A DNA stretch of 64,000 nt, taken from the NCBI GenBank assembly GCA_963664395.2, contig OY761159.2, positions 4,640,001 to 4,704,000 of the forward strand, written 5' to 3'. Below, piece by piece: positions 28,458-37,941 of this stretch. The notes beneath the pieces were generated by a model. The model worked only from the letters and a program-made list of their open reading frames with translations, did no database searches and was not told where the DNA came from. The first letter of the stretch is position 1. The number at the start of each line of letters is the position of its first letter. Both the position numbers and the translations under genes were made by a program. The DNA is from Candidatus Binatia bacterium. Lineage in GTDB: Bacteria; Desulfobacterota; Binatia; Bin18.

Positions 28458-30515
28458 GTGCAGAAAGAAAACGGCATGTGGTATCGTTTCATCCCGCTGC
28501 TCCTGTGTTTCCAGCTCCTGCCTGCATCCCCACTGCACGCTCGGGATTTCGCAGATCCGCTAGCCCGGCGCGTGACTGAGTTTTTGCCGGCCTATACCCC
28601 CTTTGTGCCACCGCTGCCTCCGGAGCGATATTTTCCGGATGAGGTCGGAGAGTACGTTGCCGACGCGATTATTGATGGCTACCTCCAAGACCCGTCAGCA
28701 TTACGAGGCAGGATAGCGCAACTGGAGCGGCAGGATGCGCAACTCTCAGCGCAAGGAGATGAAGCAACCGATGTCATTCCCCTGGTGTATGCCCTGCTGT
28801 ATCGGTCAATAGAGCACAATGGGCAGGAGTATCTCCCACTTGTTGAACTGAACGCGACGCCGGATGAAATTCTCTCTCAGGCGGACCAACTCTACGCCTC
28901 GGAAAAGCGCTACCGTATGGCCCGGCTGTTCAATTGGGTACTCTCGACCTTTGACGTGGCACGGCTGTTTCTCGGCGCGCCGGCCAGTCCCAGTCCATAC
29001 GCGGCTCAAGGCGTAGTCTCTTCAGTCGGCCAACAGTCCGGGCCAAGTCCACGAGAGCGAAAGGCATTGGCCCTGTATCGTCTTTTCCTCGAACAAGCCC
29101 CGAATGATCCGCGTGTCCCGGAAGTCGAAACAAAAATGGAGGCCCTCGACACGAAACGAAAAAAGGCTGCCGTCCAGGCTGAATTGGCCCGGGCTGAGCA
29201 AGCATTCTCTGAAGAAGACTATTGGAAGGCCAATTTTTATTATCAACTCACCCTTCTTGTTGATGAAAACGCCGAGGAAGCCAAAGCCGGCATCCAACAA
29301 GTCGAAGCCCGCCTGCAACACTATGCCGCTCTCAACGCGCACGACCTACCCCAAGACCCACTGGCTGGTGTGAAACAGGCGGAGTGGGAGCACAGTAAGG
29401 AAACCTTGACCTATATGCTGCCAGGGAGCGGGTTTGTCAAAGACAATATTGTTGTGGCCGGCCTCCAGATCGGTACGGAGGGGCTTGTCGGCGCGGCCAC
29501 CTTTGGGGGGCTGACCATGATCCAGACCTTGGGGAAACTGTGGCACGTCATGACCGGACGGGCCGTCTCCCGGCAAGGGATTATTACTGAGGGCGAAAAA
29601 TACTTGCAGCAGACCCCCTCAGAGGAGCGCGCTCCGGAGATCTACCCCATCCTGGCCAAAGCCTATGCGAAGGAAGGCAAGGTTGAGAAAGCCGTTCGGT
29701 ATTATGCCTTAGCCGGCATGGAAGAAGAGATTCCCACGCTCCAGGAAAACGCGGCAGAAGCGCTGCTCGACCAAGCCAACGCAAGTACGCATCAAACGGA
29801 GAAACAAGCCTACCTGCGTCGCCTGCTGGAGAGCTATCCCAAGACTGATGCAGCAAAGAAAGCGGCTGAAGAATTTCAGAAGGGCAGGCGGCCTGAAAAC
29901 CAGGGGCTACAGCTCAGTAAGATGTTCTTGCGCGACAATCCGGACCTGTTTGGCACTCAGGGCCTTGGACTCAAAAGGGAACTGTATGATGGCAACTGGC
30001 GTAATATCGAGCTCACGGACGACGGGATCATCCTCTCCCCCCATGGCGACGTGACACTGCTGTTAGAAAGCGACGATGGTCCTCGAACCAAGGTATACAG
30101 TGTGCCAACGGCGGCGTGGCAACAGTTCTGGCGCACGTTCCGAGAAAAGGGCTATGAAGACGCTCTCTATCGCGGAGACCGAAAAATTGCCAAGCTCGTC
30201 CAGGGGGCGGAGCCAGCAGACATCAAACTCAAGAGCGAGTTTGAAAAAAATGATGAAGACGGCTGGCGCGTCCTGCCTCATCTGACCGGGAGTATGGGAG
30301 AAGGGTTTGACGTACGAGGGACTCTACCCAAAGACATCCTCGGTACCCGCCTTGCGTTTGGGAGAGACCGGCTCAGTAGCTATATTGGCATTGAAGTTCC
30401 CATGCCGCTCGTACCGGTTGATTTTCTCCTCCTCGGTCGCGACGGCCTGCCCTCGCTCTACCCACGCATTCGTCTTCCGGATCAGCATATCAAGGACGAG
30501 GAGTTGTACCGGTAG
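28458..30515 (+). CDS. Hypothetical secreted TPR-containing protein with a beta-rich C-terminus
   Basis: Signal peptide (LLLCFQLLPASPLHA); TPR-like segments (ALALYRLFLEQAPNDP, LAKAYAKEGKVEKAVRYY, RLLESYPKTDAA); starts 3 nt after the upstream gene. Confidence 0.7.
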   Translation: MQKENGMWYRFIPLLLCFQLLPASPLHARDFADPLARRVTEFLPAYTPFVPPLPPERYFPDEVGEYVADAIIDGYLQDPSALRGRIAQLERQDAQLSAQGDEATDVIPLVYALLYRSIEHNGQEYLPLVELNATPDEILSQADQLYASEKRYRMARLFNWVLSTFDVARLFLGAPASPSPYAAQGVVSSVGQQSGPSPRERKALALYRLFLEQAPNDPRVPEVETKMEALDTKRKKAAVQAELARAEQAFSEEDYWKANFYYQLTLLVDENAEEAKAGIQQVEARLQHYAALNAHDLPQDPLAGVKQAEWEHSKETLTYMLPGSGFVKDNIVVAGLQIGTEGLVGAATFGGLTMIQTLGKLWHVMTGRAVSRQGIITEGEKYLQQTPSEERAPEIYPILAKAYAKEGKVEKAVRYYALAGMEEEIPTLQENAAEALLDQANASTHQTEKQAYLRRLLESYPKTDAAKKAAEEFQKGRRPENQGLQLSKMFLRDNPDLFGTQGLGLKRELYDGNWRNIELTDDGIILSPHGDVTLLLESDDGPRTKVYSVPTAAWQQFWRTFREKGYEDALYRGDRKIAKLVQGAEPADIKLKSEFEKNDEDGWRVLPHLTGSMGEGFDVRGTLPKDILGTRLAFGRDRLSSYIGIEVPMPLVPVDFLLLGRDGLPSLYPRIRLPDQHIKDEELYR

Positions 30516-30553
30516 TGCTCAGGCGTCGAAGCATACTTCTCATTCCGATTCTC

Positions 30554-32110
30554 TTATGCATTCGCGGCGTAGAAGATAAATTCCACGTCCCCGATACGGA
30601 CGTTCATGCCATCTCTGAGAAGATTTTCGGAAACCTTTTTCCCATTAATATGGATTCCGTTTTTGCTTTGCAAATCGAGCAGCACATAGCCCTGTTTGAC
30701 TTTTTTTATTCGAGCATGTTCACGCGATATGGATGAGTGCAGAATAATTGCCTCACATTCTTCTCCACGCCCAAATGTCATCCCATCACGGGAAAACGCA
30801 ATTTCGCGGGGCACTTCTTCAAATGGACTTTGGCGAACAAGGCGGGCGTACGGAGCGGATGTCCCGGGCACGACAGCAGCTGAGCTTTGATTCATGGAAC
30901 TGGGGCCACCGGTTGCCGTCTTCAGCATACTCAGCACTTCGGCCGGAAGCTCAGGAATCTGATTGAGGCGAACACGCGCCAGTAAAATCAGTCCGCCAGC
31001 GGCTAGGAGTAGAATCACCCCATTCCACACCCCATAGACAACGACGGCTTGCGGGGTGGTTGCGCCAGGTCCTGAGCTGGTCGTAACGACTCGTGCGCCA
31101 CCAATACCACGCACCTGGTAGGAAATACGCGCCTCCCCTTCCCCGTTCGGATGCTGAATGGTAAGCGCGACCTCACGTTCTGCCCCATCCTCGACCGGGC
31201 GTGGGCTGGTATACGTCAGGAAGTATTGCGACGCGAGCGAGCGGCCGATCTCACTAATCAGCTCAGGAAATCGTTCACCCTCACTGACAATATTATAGTG
31301 TCGCCCAGCGCTCTCCTTTGCGATCATATGCAGGTCGGGAGCCATAAAGGGCGGCGGAGAGATAGCAAAGACATTCAGATTCGCCTTTTTAATCTCTGCC
31401 AATACCTCCGCGCCCGACACTTGCGTGACTTCCCGACCGTAGAGATTATTTTTTTCCGAGCCATCCCCGCGCGTATGATTCGGTGCGTCGGTAATCAGGA
31501 TGAGGACAGCCTGGGCGTCAGGCCGAAACGGAAAGCTGCAGGCCAGTAACATCGCATCGAGTGAGTTCTCCGGAATATCGCCTCCGCCTGCCGGACGCAG
31601 AGCGCCAACCCAGCTTTTGAACTCCCGGGCGCTCCGGGTAAACGCCCGCTCGTCCCGAATAACATAATCTTCAAAGGTCACTAAACCTAAACGATAATCC
31701 CGGTTGGCCTTGGACAGGCGGTCGGCAAAATCGATGGTGGCTTCTTTCATGCCGTCAATGAACGGCCCCATGCTTTCCGTTACATCGAAGACTACTACGA
31801 TATCGACAGGCCGGCCCTGCTGTTCCCCTCGGAAATCAATGATCTTGGCGTCCGTACCGTCCTCTTGCACTGTCACGTGCTCTGGCGTGAGTTGTCCGAC
31901 CGGCTGCCCACGTAAATCAGTCGCATTGAAATACAGACCAACGGCACCGCCGTTAGTAAAATTCTCCAATTGGGGATTGGTGACAGATACGACCACTGAA
32001 TCTGACGCAGAGACACTCTTCGTAAAAAACGAGAAGAAGGCCAGGCAATATATGAGCACCAGCACAGCGCTGGGATAGCTCTGCTGAGCGAGACGGTCAT
32101 CCAGTCTCAC
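30554..32110 (-). CDS. Exported vWA domain + TM helix + cytoplasmic FHA domain protein
   Basis: Probable GTG start at 32110; signal peptide, MIDAS-like DVTESM and ILITDA, TM (GVILLLAAGGLILLA), FHA (FGRGEEC..SISREHA..SKNG). Confidence 0.85.
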   Translation of the reverse strand: MRLDDRLAQQSYPSAVLVLIYCLAFFSFFTKSVSASDSVVVSVTNPQLENFTNGGAVGLYFNATDLRGQPVGQLTPEHVTVQEDGTDAKIIDFRGEQQGRPVDIVVVFDVTESMGPFIDGMKEATIDFADRLSKANRDYRLGLVTFEDYVIRDERAFTRSAREFKSWVGALRPAGGGDIPENSLDAMLLACSFPFRPDAQAVLILITDAPNHTRGDGSEKNNLYGREVTQVSGAEVLAEIKKANLNVFAISPPPFMAPDLHMIAKESAGRHYNIVSEGERFPELISEIGRSLASQYFLTYTSPRPVEDGAEREVALTIQHPNGEGEARISYQVRGIGGARVVTTSSGPGATTPQAVVVYGVWNGVILLLAAGGLILLARVRLNQIPELPAEVLSMLKTATGGPSSMNQSSAAVVPGTSAPYARLVRQSPFEEVPREIAFSRDGMTFGRGEECEAIILHSSISREHARIKKVKQGYVLLDLQSKNGIHINGKKVSENLLRDGMNVRIGDVEFIFYAANA

Positions 32111-32120
32111 GGCAATCCCC

Positions 32121-32978
32121 CTATTCCTTCCCTGCCCGCTCTCGAAAGAGGAGTAGAGTTCCACCGACTTCAATCCGATCGCCATTTTTAAGCTGGACTG
32201 ATTGGGCAATCGGGGTCCGGTTGACGCTGACCTGCCCTTCGTTTTTGGCAAGCACAAATGTATGCTTGTGTTTCTCGACCACGGCATGAAGATTGGCAAT
32301 GGAACGGTCGCCAAACAGACCGACATCGCTTTCTTCGGCTCGGCCTATTGTGGTTTTGGGCTTAGTCAGATGATATTCACGGCCTTCACGGACATTGCGG
32401 CTCTGCGAGCGAATCACCATAAACCAGCCGCGCTTAAACATCTCACTGACCAAGCCTATCCAGAGACCGATCATCGCTCCCAACAGGGCAAATGCAACCC
32501 CACGGCCGGCGGTCTGCGATAGCAGGGTGGTGACAATCTGAAAGAGCGCTCCGCCGATCGCCCCGCCGATGCATCCGCCAATCGCCCCATTGCGTAAACG
32601 GACCAGCGACTGGCCGACCCAGCCCGCTCCGAGCCCAACTGCGAGTCCAAAGAGTCCCCAGCCTATAGTGCGTCCGCCAAGACCACCAAACAGGCCAAAC
32701 ACCAGCTCTCCCATCAGAAGACCAACAGCACCACCCGCCAGACCGGCCAGCCCACCCAGCTTCACGCCTTGCCACGTCTTGTTCTTATGACCCGCACTGA
32801 GTCCTTCAATGGCACCGATGAAAGCGCCCACACAAATTCCAGTCACGGCGCCCAAGGCAATGGCCCGGAGATGGATATTTCCAACCGCGGCCAAAGGGTC
32901 AGCCGCGGCCCATCCAGCGATGCCACCCAGGAGCCCGGCCCCGCTATAGAGGACAAGTCGTTCGCGTGAAAGTTCCAT
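32121..32978 (-). CDS. Gly-rich multi-pass membrane protein with a C-terminal FHA domain
   Basis: About six Gly/Ala-rich TM segments, then TTIGRAEESDV..IANLHA..VSVN..LKNGDRIEVG; ATG 32978 with GGAG. Confidence 0.83.
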   Translation of the reverse strand: MELSRERLVLYSGAGLLGGIAGWAAADPLAAVGNIHLRAIALGAVTGICVGAFIGAIEGLSAGHKNKTWQGVKLGGLAGLAGGAVGLLMGELVFGLFGGLGGRTIGWGLFGLAVGLGAGWVGQSLVRLRNGAIGGCIGGAIGGALFQIVTTLLSQTAGRGVAFALLGAMIGLWIGLVSEMFKRGWFMVIRSQSRNVREGREYHLTKPKTTIGRAEESDVGLFGDRSIANLHAVVEKHKHTFVLAKNEGQVSVNRTPIAQSVQLKNGDRIEVGGTLLLFRERAGKE

Positions 32979-33034
32979 ACTACTCCGCTGCTCAATGCAC
33001 CACGTGTATGTACAGACAGCCGTCATGATACGGC

Positions 33035-35404
33035 CTAGAGTTGCAGTGACCAATGTCCGCTCACGCTCTCGGACGACCCGACACTATACGTTCCGCTGAG
33101 TCGGTTTTCTTCACGCCAGCCGCGGAAATGATAGTCGCGATTGCCAATCCGACTTTGAAAGTCAATGTTATTATCCTGTAGGCTTCCTTCCAGAGAGGCG
33201 GCGCCGAAACCGGTCGCGTGGATCACCAAGTTACCACGTAACACCCCGTTACTGTGCGGTTGAAAATGCACCTCAAGAGGAACCTCACGCTCAGGACCCA
33301 GCCCGAGGATGCTCCCTTGGTGCGAGTTGAGGATATGGGCCAAGTCCCGATCATCGGTTACGGTAAATTTCTCGGGCGAGAGCGGGTAGCCGTTGACATA
33401 AAAGTCAACCTTGTAATCGCCGGGGGAAAAGGCGCTCCCACTGGCATTGCCGATTCTGGCAGTAAACGTCACCTTCTCTGTTGTATCCGAGACTTCTTTT
33501 CCCTCTTCGACCGTCCCGAGAATCTGGCCGTTGGGGGCATAATAGGTTGCGGTGACCCGGTGGTAAGAAGGCAACAGGTCATGGAGCTGGTTCTGAAAAT
33601 CCGCCTCCCAGGCCACGAACCGGAGTTTGGATGCGCCAAACGAAGATGCGGATTGAGAGAGGCGGCTGCCATCTTTCGCGGTATTGAAAAAGCGGACGGA
33701 GACCAGAGAAAGCGGCTCCTTGCTCCGTTCCTGGATGAGGGCCAGCCGTTTTTCCTCTGCCGCACGCCCGGCGCGCTCTTCCTCCGGTGTCGGTCCAATG
33801 ACTGCCGGGACATCAGCCCTACCAGCTACACCACCTTCTTCAGCATCGGCCTTTGCGACCTTGACCGGATCGGCTTCAATCCGGACTGTTTGACTGGCCA
33901 GCTTGGCATCCCCGAAATAGAGCTCAAGCTGGTAATCGCCTGTGGCCCGCTCTTTGAGCCCCTCAAGCAGCGTCACGCCCCGGAGTTCAAGCTGTTCTTC
34001 TTCGGGCCGCACAAACCGGCCGGCTTCGCTTTTCCCAGCCAGCCCCCCCTCAGGATCGAAAAAGCGGCCCTCTATCCGATAGTTCCCGCCTTCGACCCCG
34101 GACAACCTATTCTTCAGCACGGCTTCCCAGGTCAGGTATTGCACCTCACCAACTGTATAGCTTGCCTTGGCTTCCGACCGTGGCGTGCCGTCGCGCGAGG
34201 TATTCACTAGGCTGAGAGAAACGAGTTCGAGCGGATCGGCCCGTAGCGTGCGCAGGCGTTTCTCCCGCTCCCACGGCAAATCCGCAACAAAAGCCCGGAA
34301 CCCTGCACGCCGGGATTCCGGCAGCCAGGTTTCGAGCTGCTGCCAGGGAATCTTTTCTCCCAACTGCGCGATCGGATTACCTTGCAGCAGTTCAGGGGAA
34401 GTCAACAGTCCATACGCTCCGCCAGTCATCAGCAGCAAAAAAACAAGGGCCGCAACCATACGCCCCCAGCGCCGTTTCTTTTGCGGCGGTGCGACGGTGA
34501 GGGGTTCCTCAACCGGCTCCGGCAAAGGCTCGAGAATCTGGGTCGCGGCTTGGGACGAGCTGGGAGATGGGGCCGCGCTCAGTCCGCGCCCATACAGAAA
34601 CATGTCCTTAAACGCTTCCGCGCTCTTTGGCCGCTCTTCCGCTTTATACGCCAGGGTCTGGTCAATGGCTTGAGCCAGGAAGGGAGACGCGTCGGGCTTC
34701 TCCGAAAGCACCGGCGGACACGAGAACGGCGGATGTTTCTCGGGGTCACGGCCGGTCAGGATATAGTGCAGGGTTGCGGCCAGGCCATAAAGATCGGACC
34801 GTTCATCAACCTGTCCCGAGTATTGCTCGGGCGGGGCAAATCCGGGCGTGCCAATCAGGGTGGCTTTGCCTTGGGGAGAGAAAATTCTGGCAATGCCAAA
34901 GTCAATCAGCGTGATGCGCCCGTCCGGCCCGAGGATCACATTGCCCGGTTTCATGTCCCGATAGATGATGGGCGGAGAAAAGCCATGCAGATACGTCAGG
35001 ACATCGCACAGTTCCCGGCCAATCTCGATGACCCGGCTCTCGGGGAGCCGACCGCCCAGTCCGGCGATTTCCTGCTCCAGATTGACCCCTTCGACAAAAT
35101 CCATCACCAAATAATGGCAATTGCCTTCACCAAAGCGGTCAAAAATGGCGGGAATGGCCGGATGGGTGAGCTGGGCCAGCGTGTCAGCCTCGCGATGAAA
35201 ATACTCGATTGCTTGGGCGCGCTCCTCGGGATTGGTGAACCGGTCAAAGATTTCTTTGATGGCGACACGCCGCTCGGCAAGACGCTGATCCTGGGCAATA
35301 TAGACGACGCCCATACCACCGCCGGCCAGAAAGCGCTCGATCTGATAGCGCCCCGCCAGGGTCGTTCCAGGTTCAAGTTGACCGCTTTCGTTCCGCGACA
35401 TCAA
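33035..35404 (-). CDS. Receptor-type (Hanks) Ser/Thr protein kinase
   Basis: GGGMGVVY, VAIK, YRDMKPGN, DFGIAR, GTPGFAPPEQ, DLYGLA; TM helix; extracytoplasmic region with two homologous beta-rich repeats. Confidence 0.93.
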   Translation of the reverse strand: MMSRNESGQLEPGTTLAGRYQIERFLAGGGMGVVYIAQDQRLAERRVAIKEIFDRFTNPEERAQAIEYFHREADTLAQLTHPAIPAIFDRFGEGNCHYLVMDFVEGVNLEQEIAGLGGRLPESRVIEIGRELCDVLTYLHGFSPPIIYRDMKPGNVILGPDGRITLIDFGIARIFSPQGKATLIGTPGFAPPEQYSGQVDERSDLYGLAATLHYILTGRDPEKHPPFSCPPVLSEKPDASPFLAQAIDQTLAYKAEERPKSAEAFKDMFLYGRGLSAAPSPSSSQAATQILEPLPEPVEEPLTVAPPQKKRRWGRMVAALVFLLLMTGGAYGLLTSPELLQGNPIAQLGEKIPWQQLETWLPESRRAGFRAFVADLPWEREKRLRTLRADPLELVSLSLVNTSRDGTPRSEAKASYTVGEVQYLTWEAVLKNRLSGVEGGNYRIEGRFFDPEGGLAGKSEAGRFVRPEEEQLELRGVTLLEGLKERATGDYQLELYFGDAKLASQTVRIEADPVKVAKADAEEGGVAGRADVPAVIGPTPEEERAGRAAEEKRLALIQERSKEPLSLVSVRFFNTAKDGSRLSQSASSFGASKLRFVAWEADFQNQLHDLLPSYHRVTATYYAPNGQILGTVEEGKEVSDTTEKVTFTARIGNASGSAFSPGDYKVDFYVNGYPLSPEKFTVTDDRDLAHILNSHQGSILGLGPEREVPLEVHFQPHSNGVLRGNLVIHATGFGAASLEGSLQDNNIDFQSRIGNRDYHFRGWREENRLSGTYSVGSSESVSGHWSLQL

Positions 35405-35415
35405 CTAGCGCCTCA

Positions 35416-37161
35416 CTACTCGTGAAAGACAACGATCACTGAGGTATTATCGCTGCCGCCACCCGTATTTGCCGCAACGGTCAACTCCAAGGCCGCCTCG
35501 GACGGAGTACGGTGGCGACTCAAGATATCAGCAATCGCCGGATCAAGGACATGGCTGGTCAACCCATCGCTGCACAGGAGGAGTCGGACCCCTCGCTTGA
35601 GTGGCCGCGAGAGCGTATCAACCACAACATTTTCCTTGCTCCCCAAAGACCGAATCAGGACGTTACGGTGCTCGTGGGTCAACGCCTCTTCTTCCGTCAA
35701 TTGGCCGATCTCGACCAGACGGGCGACCAAGGAATGATCGTGCGAGAGCTGCCGCAGTTCCCCATTTTCCAGCAGGTAGACCCGGCTGTCCCCGACCCAC
35801 GCCACCGTCAGTTGTCCGGCCCGGACCAGCGCAGCAACAATCGTTGCTCCCAGGCCGGCAGATTCTGGATGATCTTTCCCGTATTGGACAATTTTTGTAT
35901 TGGCCGCCTCGACCGACTCACGTAAATGGGTCTCCCAGGCTGCCGCATCAAATCCCTCAACCCCCTTTTGCTGTCCAGTGGAGGCCCCCTCTCTCCTCAG
36001 CCCTCTCCCGCCAGAGGGGAGGGAAACGGTGGCTTCTTCAACATGCTGGGCCACAGTCCGAATGGCAATCTGGCTGGCGACCTCACCGGCTTCGGCTCCG
36101 CCCATACCGTCTGAAACGATATAGAGTCCATTAAAATCATCGCCCTCTATGCTGCCTTGACCCACCTCTTTGACAAGAACGGCATCTTCATTATGGTCGC
36201 GTACCTGTCCGACATCGGTCCGCCAGGCCGAGCGAATATGCACCGACTGACTCAGAGCGAGCAAGTCTTGTTTCAGGGCTGGCAGGTTCGGATAGCGCTC
36301 CCCGACCTCAAAGGCTAACGCTCTTCTTAAAACGCGCTCAAAATCGGGCGTCAGGACCTTCTCAGGATAGAATACTGGTGGCTCAGGCTGAACCGCCCAG
36401 CCTTCAATGGGTAAACGGCGCCCCACGAGAACGGCATACAGGCATGCGCCCAGAGCAAACACATCAGCAGCTTCGTGTAACACTTGGGACTTATATGCCT
36501 CAGGCGCAGCATACCCATCCGTCAAAAAGGGACTCTCCTCAAGCGCGTCTTTCAGGCGTATGGCGTCAAAGTGGGTGAGGTGCAGACGGCCGGTCTTGTC
36601 GAGTATGATATTTTCCGGAGAAAGTTCAACACACAAGAACCCATGCCGGTGCAAAGCACTCACGGCCTGGCACAGCTGCACGCCCCAGCCGGACGCCTCC
36701 CGCTCCGACGTCCGGCCCATGCGGCTACTCAGAGGGATACCGGACTGAGTCGGCGTAATGAGGTAGACCCGGCCATCACGTTCCAGACTTTCCTGCGGGA
36801 GGATGAGAGCCGGGTGGTGAATCGCGGCAAGCTGCTCGGATAGCTCAAACGCACCACCCGCGTCGGTCTGGTCACTTAATCGTTCAGCTATAAGATAGGT
36901 CTGTCCGGCGTCAGTCTGACGAACCGCCTGGTAGCGATTTTCCTGTCCGGTCGAGAGGATGGATGTGAGGCGATAGGTATCAGCGAGGATTGTGCCTGGC
37001 GTCAGTGGTTCAAAGAGGGAGACCGAAACGCCCCCTTCTTCAAGCGATACGCCACAGGCAGTACAAAAAATTTCTCCAAGCACATTGGCTTGTCCGCACT
37101 CAGCACAAACAAGGCTCTCCTCAATGTCTATAGGCTCGGTCATCAGAGGCGCAGAACCCAT
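35416..37161 (-). CDS. Zn-ribbon + degenerate kinase-like domain + PP2C (Stp1-type) phosphatase
   Basis: CAECG..FCTACG; kinase fold with HRD replaced by CVE and DFG by HFD; PP2C motifs RDHNED, SDGMGG, VGDSRVY, LCSDGL, GGSDN. Confidence 0.9.
   Translation of the reverse strand: MGSAPLMTEPIDIEESLVCAECGQANVLGEIFCTACGVSLEEGGVSVSLFEPLTPGTILADTYRLTSILSTGQENRYQAVRQTDAGQTYLIAERLSDQTDAGGAFELSEQLAAIHHPALILPQESLERDGRVYLITPTQSGIPLSSRMGRTSEREASGWGVQLCQAVSALHRHGFLCVELSPENIILDKTGRLHLTHFDAIRLKDALEESPFLTDGYAAPEAYKSQVLHEAADVFALGACLYAVLVGRRLPIEGWAVQPEPPVFYPEKVLTPDFERVLRRALAFEVGERYPNLPALKQDLLALSQSVHIRSAWRTDVGQVRDHNEDAVLVKEVGQGSIEGDDFNGLYIVSDGMGGAEAGEVASQIAIRTVAQHVEEATVSLPSGGRGLRREGASTGQQKGVEGFDAAAWETHLRESVEAANTKIVQYGKDHPESAGLGATIVAALVRAGQLTVAWVGDSRVYLLENGELRQLSHDHSLVARLVEIGQLTEEEALTHEHRNVLIRSLGSKENVVVDTLSRPLKRGVRLLLCSDGLTSHVLDPAIADILSRHRTPSEAALELTVAANTGGGSDNTSVIVVFHE
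35985..36023. repeat. REP-like palindromic element inserted in frame in the PP2C domain
   Basis: CCCCCTCTCTCCTCAGCCCTCTCCCGCCAGAGGGGAGGG resembles the widespread CCCTCTCCC..GGGAGAGGG repeat; reads SLPSGGRGLRREG in the protein. Confidence 0.55.
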
Positions 37162-37220
37162 GCATCACCAGTCCAGTCAATTCCAGCAGTTTAGGCAGTT
37201 CCAGAACGGCCAGCGCAGCC

Positions 37221-37886
37221 TCATGGCACGCGCGAGACCTTGAAAAAGGTTTTGCCGACGATGATCTCATCCCCGTCTTTGAGGGTAGCCGGTGAGCCTG
37301 GCTCAAGACGTTGGCCCCTGTTGACAAACGTCCCGTTCAGGCTCCCAATATCCTCAATCGTCAACTCATCGCCGAATTTTATCAGCGCGTGTTTTCGGGA
37401 GATACGCGCTTCCGCATCATCATTTTCCATATCAACTTCAGGGAAAGAACCGGAATCCGGGTCCCACCGACCAACCAGATTATCTCCTGCTTGGAGCTCA
37501 AAAACCTTACCCACCGTTCCGCCACGGGTGATGGTGAGAGAAGCGCTCCCGGCTGCACCTTCTGTTCCTTCTGTTCCTTCTGAGCCTGGACCCTCGCTTG
37601 GTGCGACGTCTCCGGGTGCTTCTTCAGGGGCCGGTGTAGGAATATCTCCAACCGCCTCAGCCGCAGGTTCTTCTGCAACGGCCTCCGGACTTGTCTCACT
37701 TGCCCCACTTGCCGCACTTGCTGCACTTGCCTCAACTCCGGCAGGAGCTTCCTCCACGGCTTCGCTGTCAGGTGCGGCGGGGGCTTCGGCACTCTCCGTC
37801 GCTATGACTTCAAGTTTCGCTCCGCAGCTATCACAGTACTCCAGACCATCCATGTTTTCTTCATTACATTCCGCACAGCGAATCAT
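37221..37886 (-). CDS. Zn-ribbon + acidic linker + FHA domain protein
   Basis: CAECN..YCDSCG; FHA VGRWD..ISRKHA..DIGSLNGTFVN..LKDGDEIIVG. Confidence 0.9.
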   Translation of the reverse strand: MIRCAECNEENMDGLEYCDSCGAKLEVIATESAEAPAAPDSEAVEEAPAGVEASAASAASGASETSPEAVAEEPAAEAVGDIPTPAPEEAPGDVAPSEGPGSEGTEGTEGAAGSASLTITRGGTVGKVFELQAGDNLVGRWDPDSGSFPEVDMENDDAEARISRKHALIKFGDELTIEDIGSLNGTFVNRGQRLEPGSPATLKDGDEIIVGKTFFKVSRVP

Positions 37887-37941
37887 GCTCGTATCTCCTT
37901 CATTGACCTCATTGCTGAACCGTTACCCTTCACGGGCGAGC

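Noticed and set aside
34382-35425. 347-aa plus-strand ORF
   Set aside because: Antisense shadow of the kinase domain
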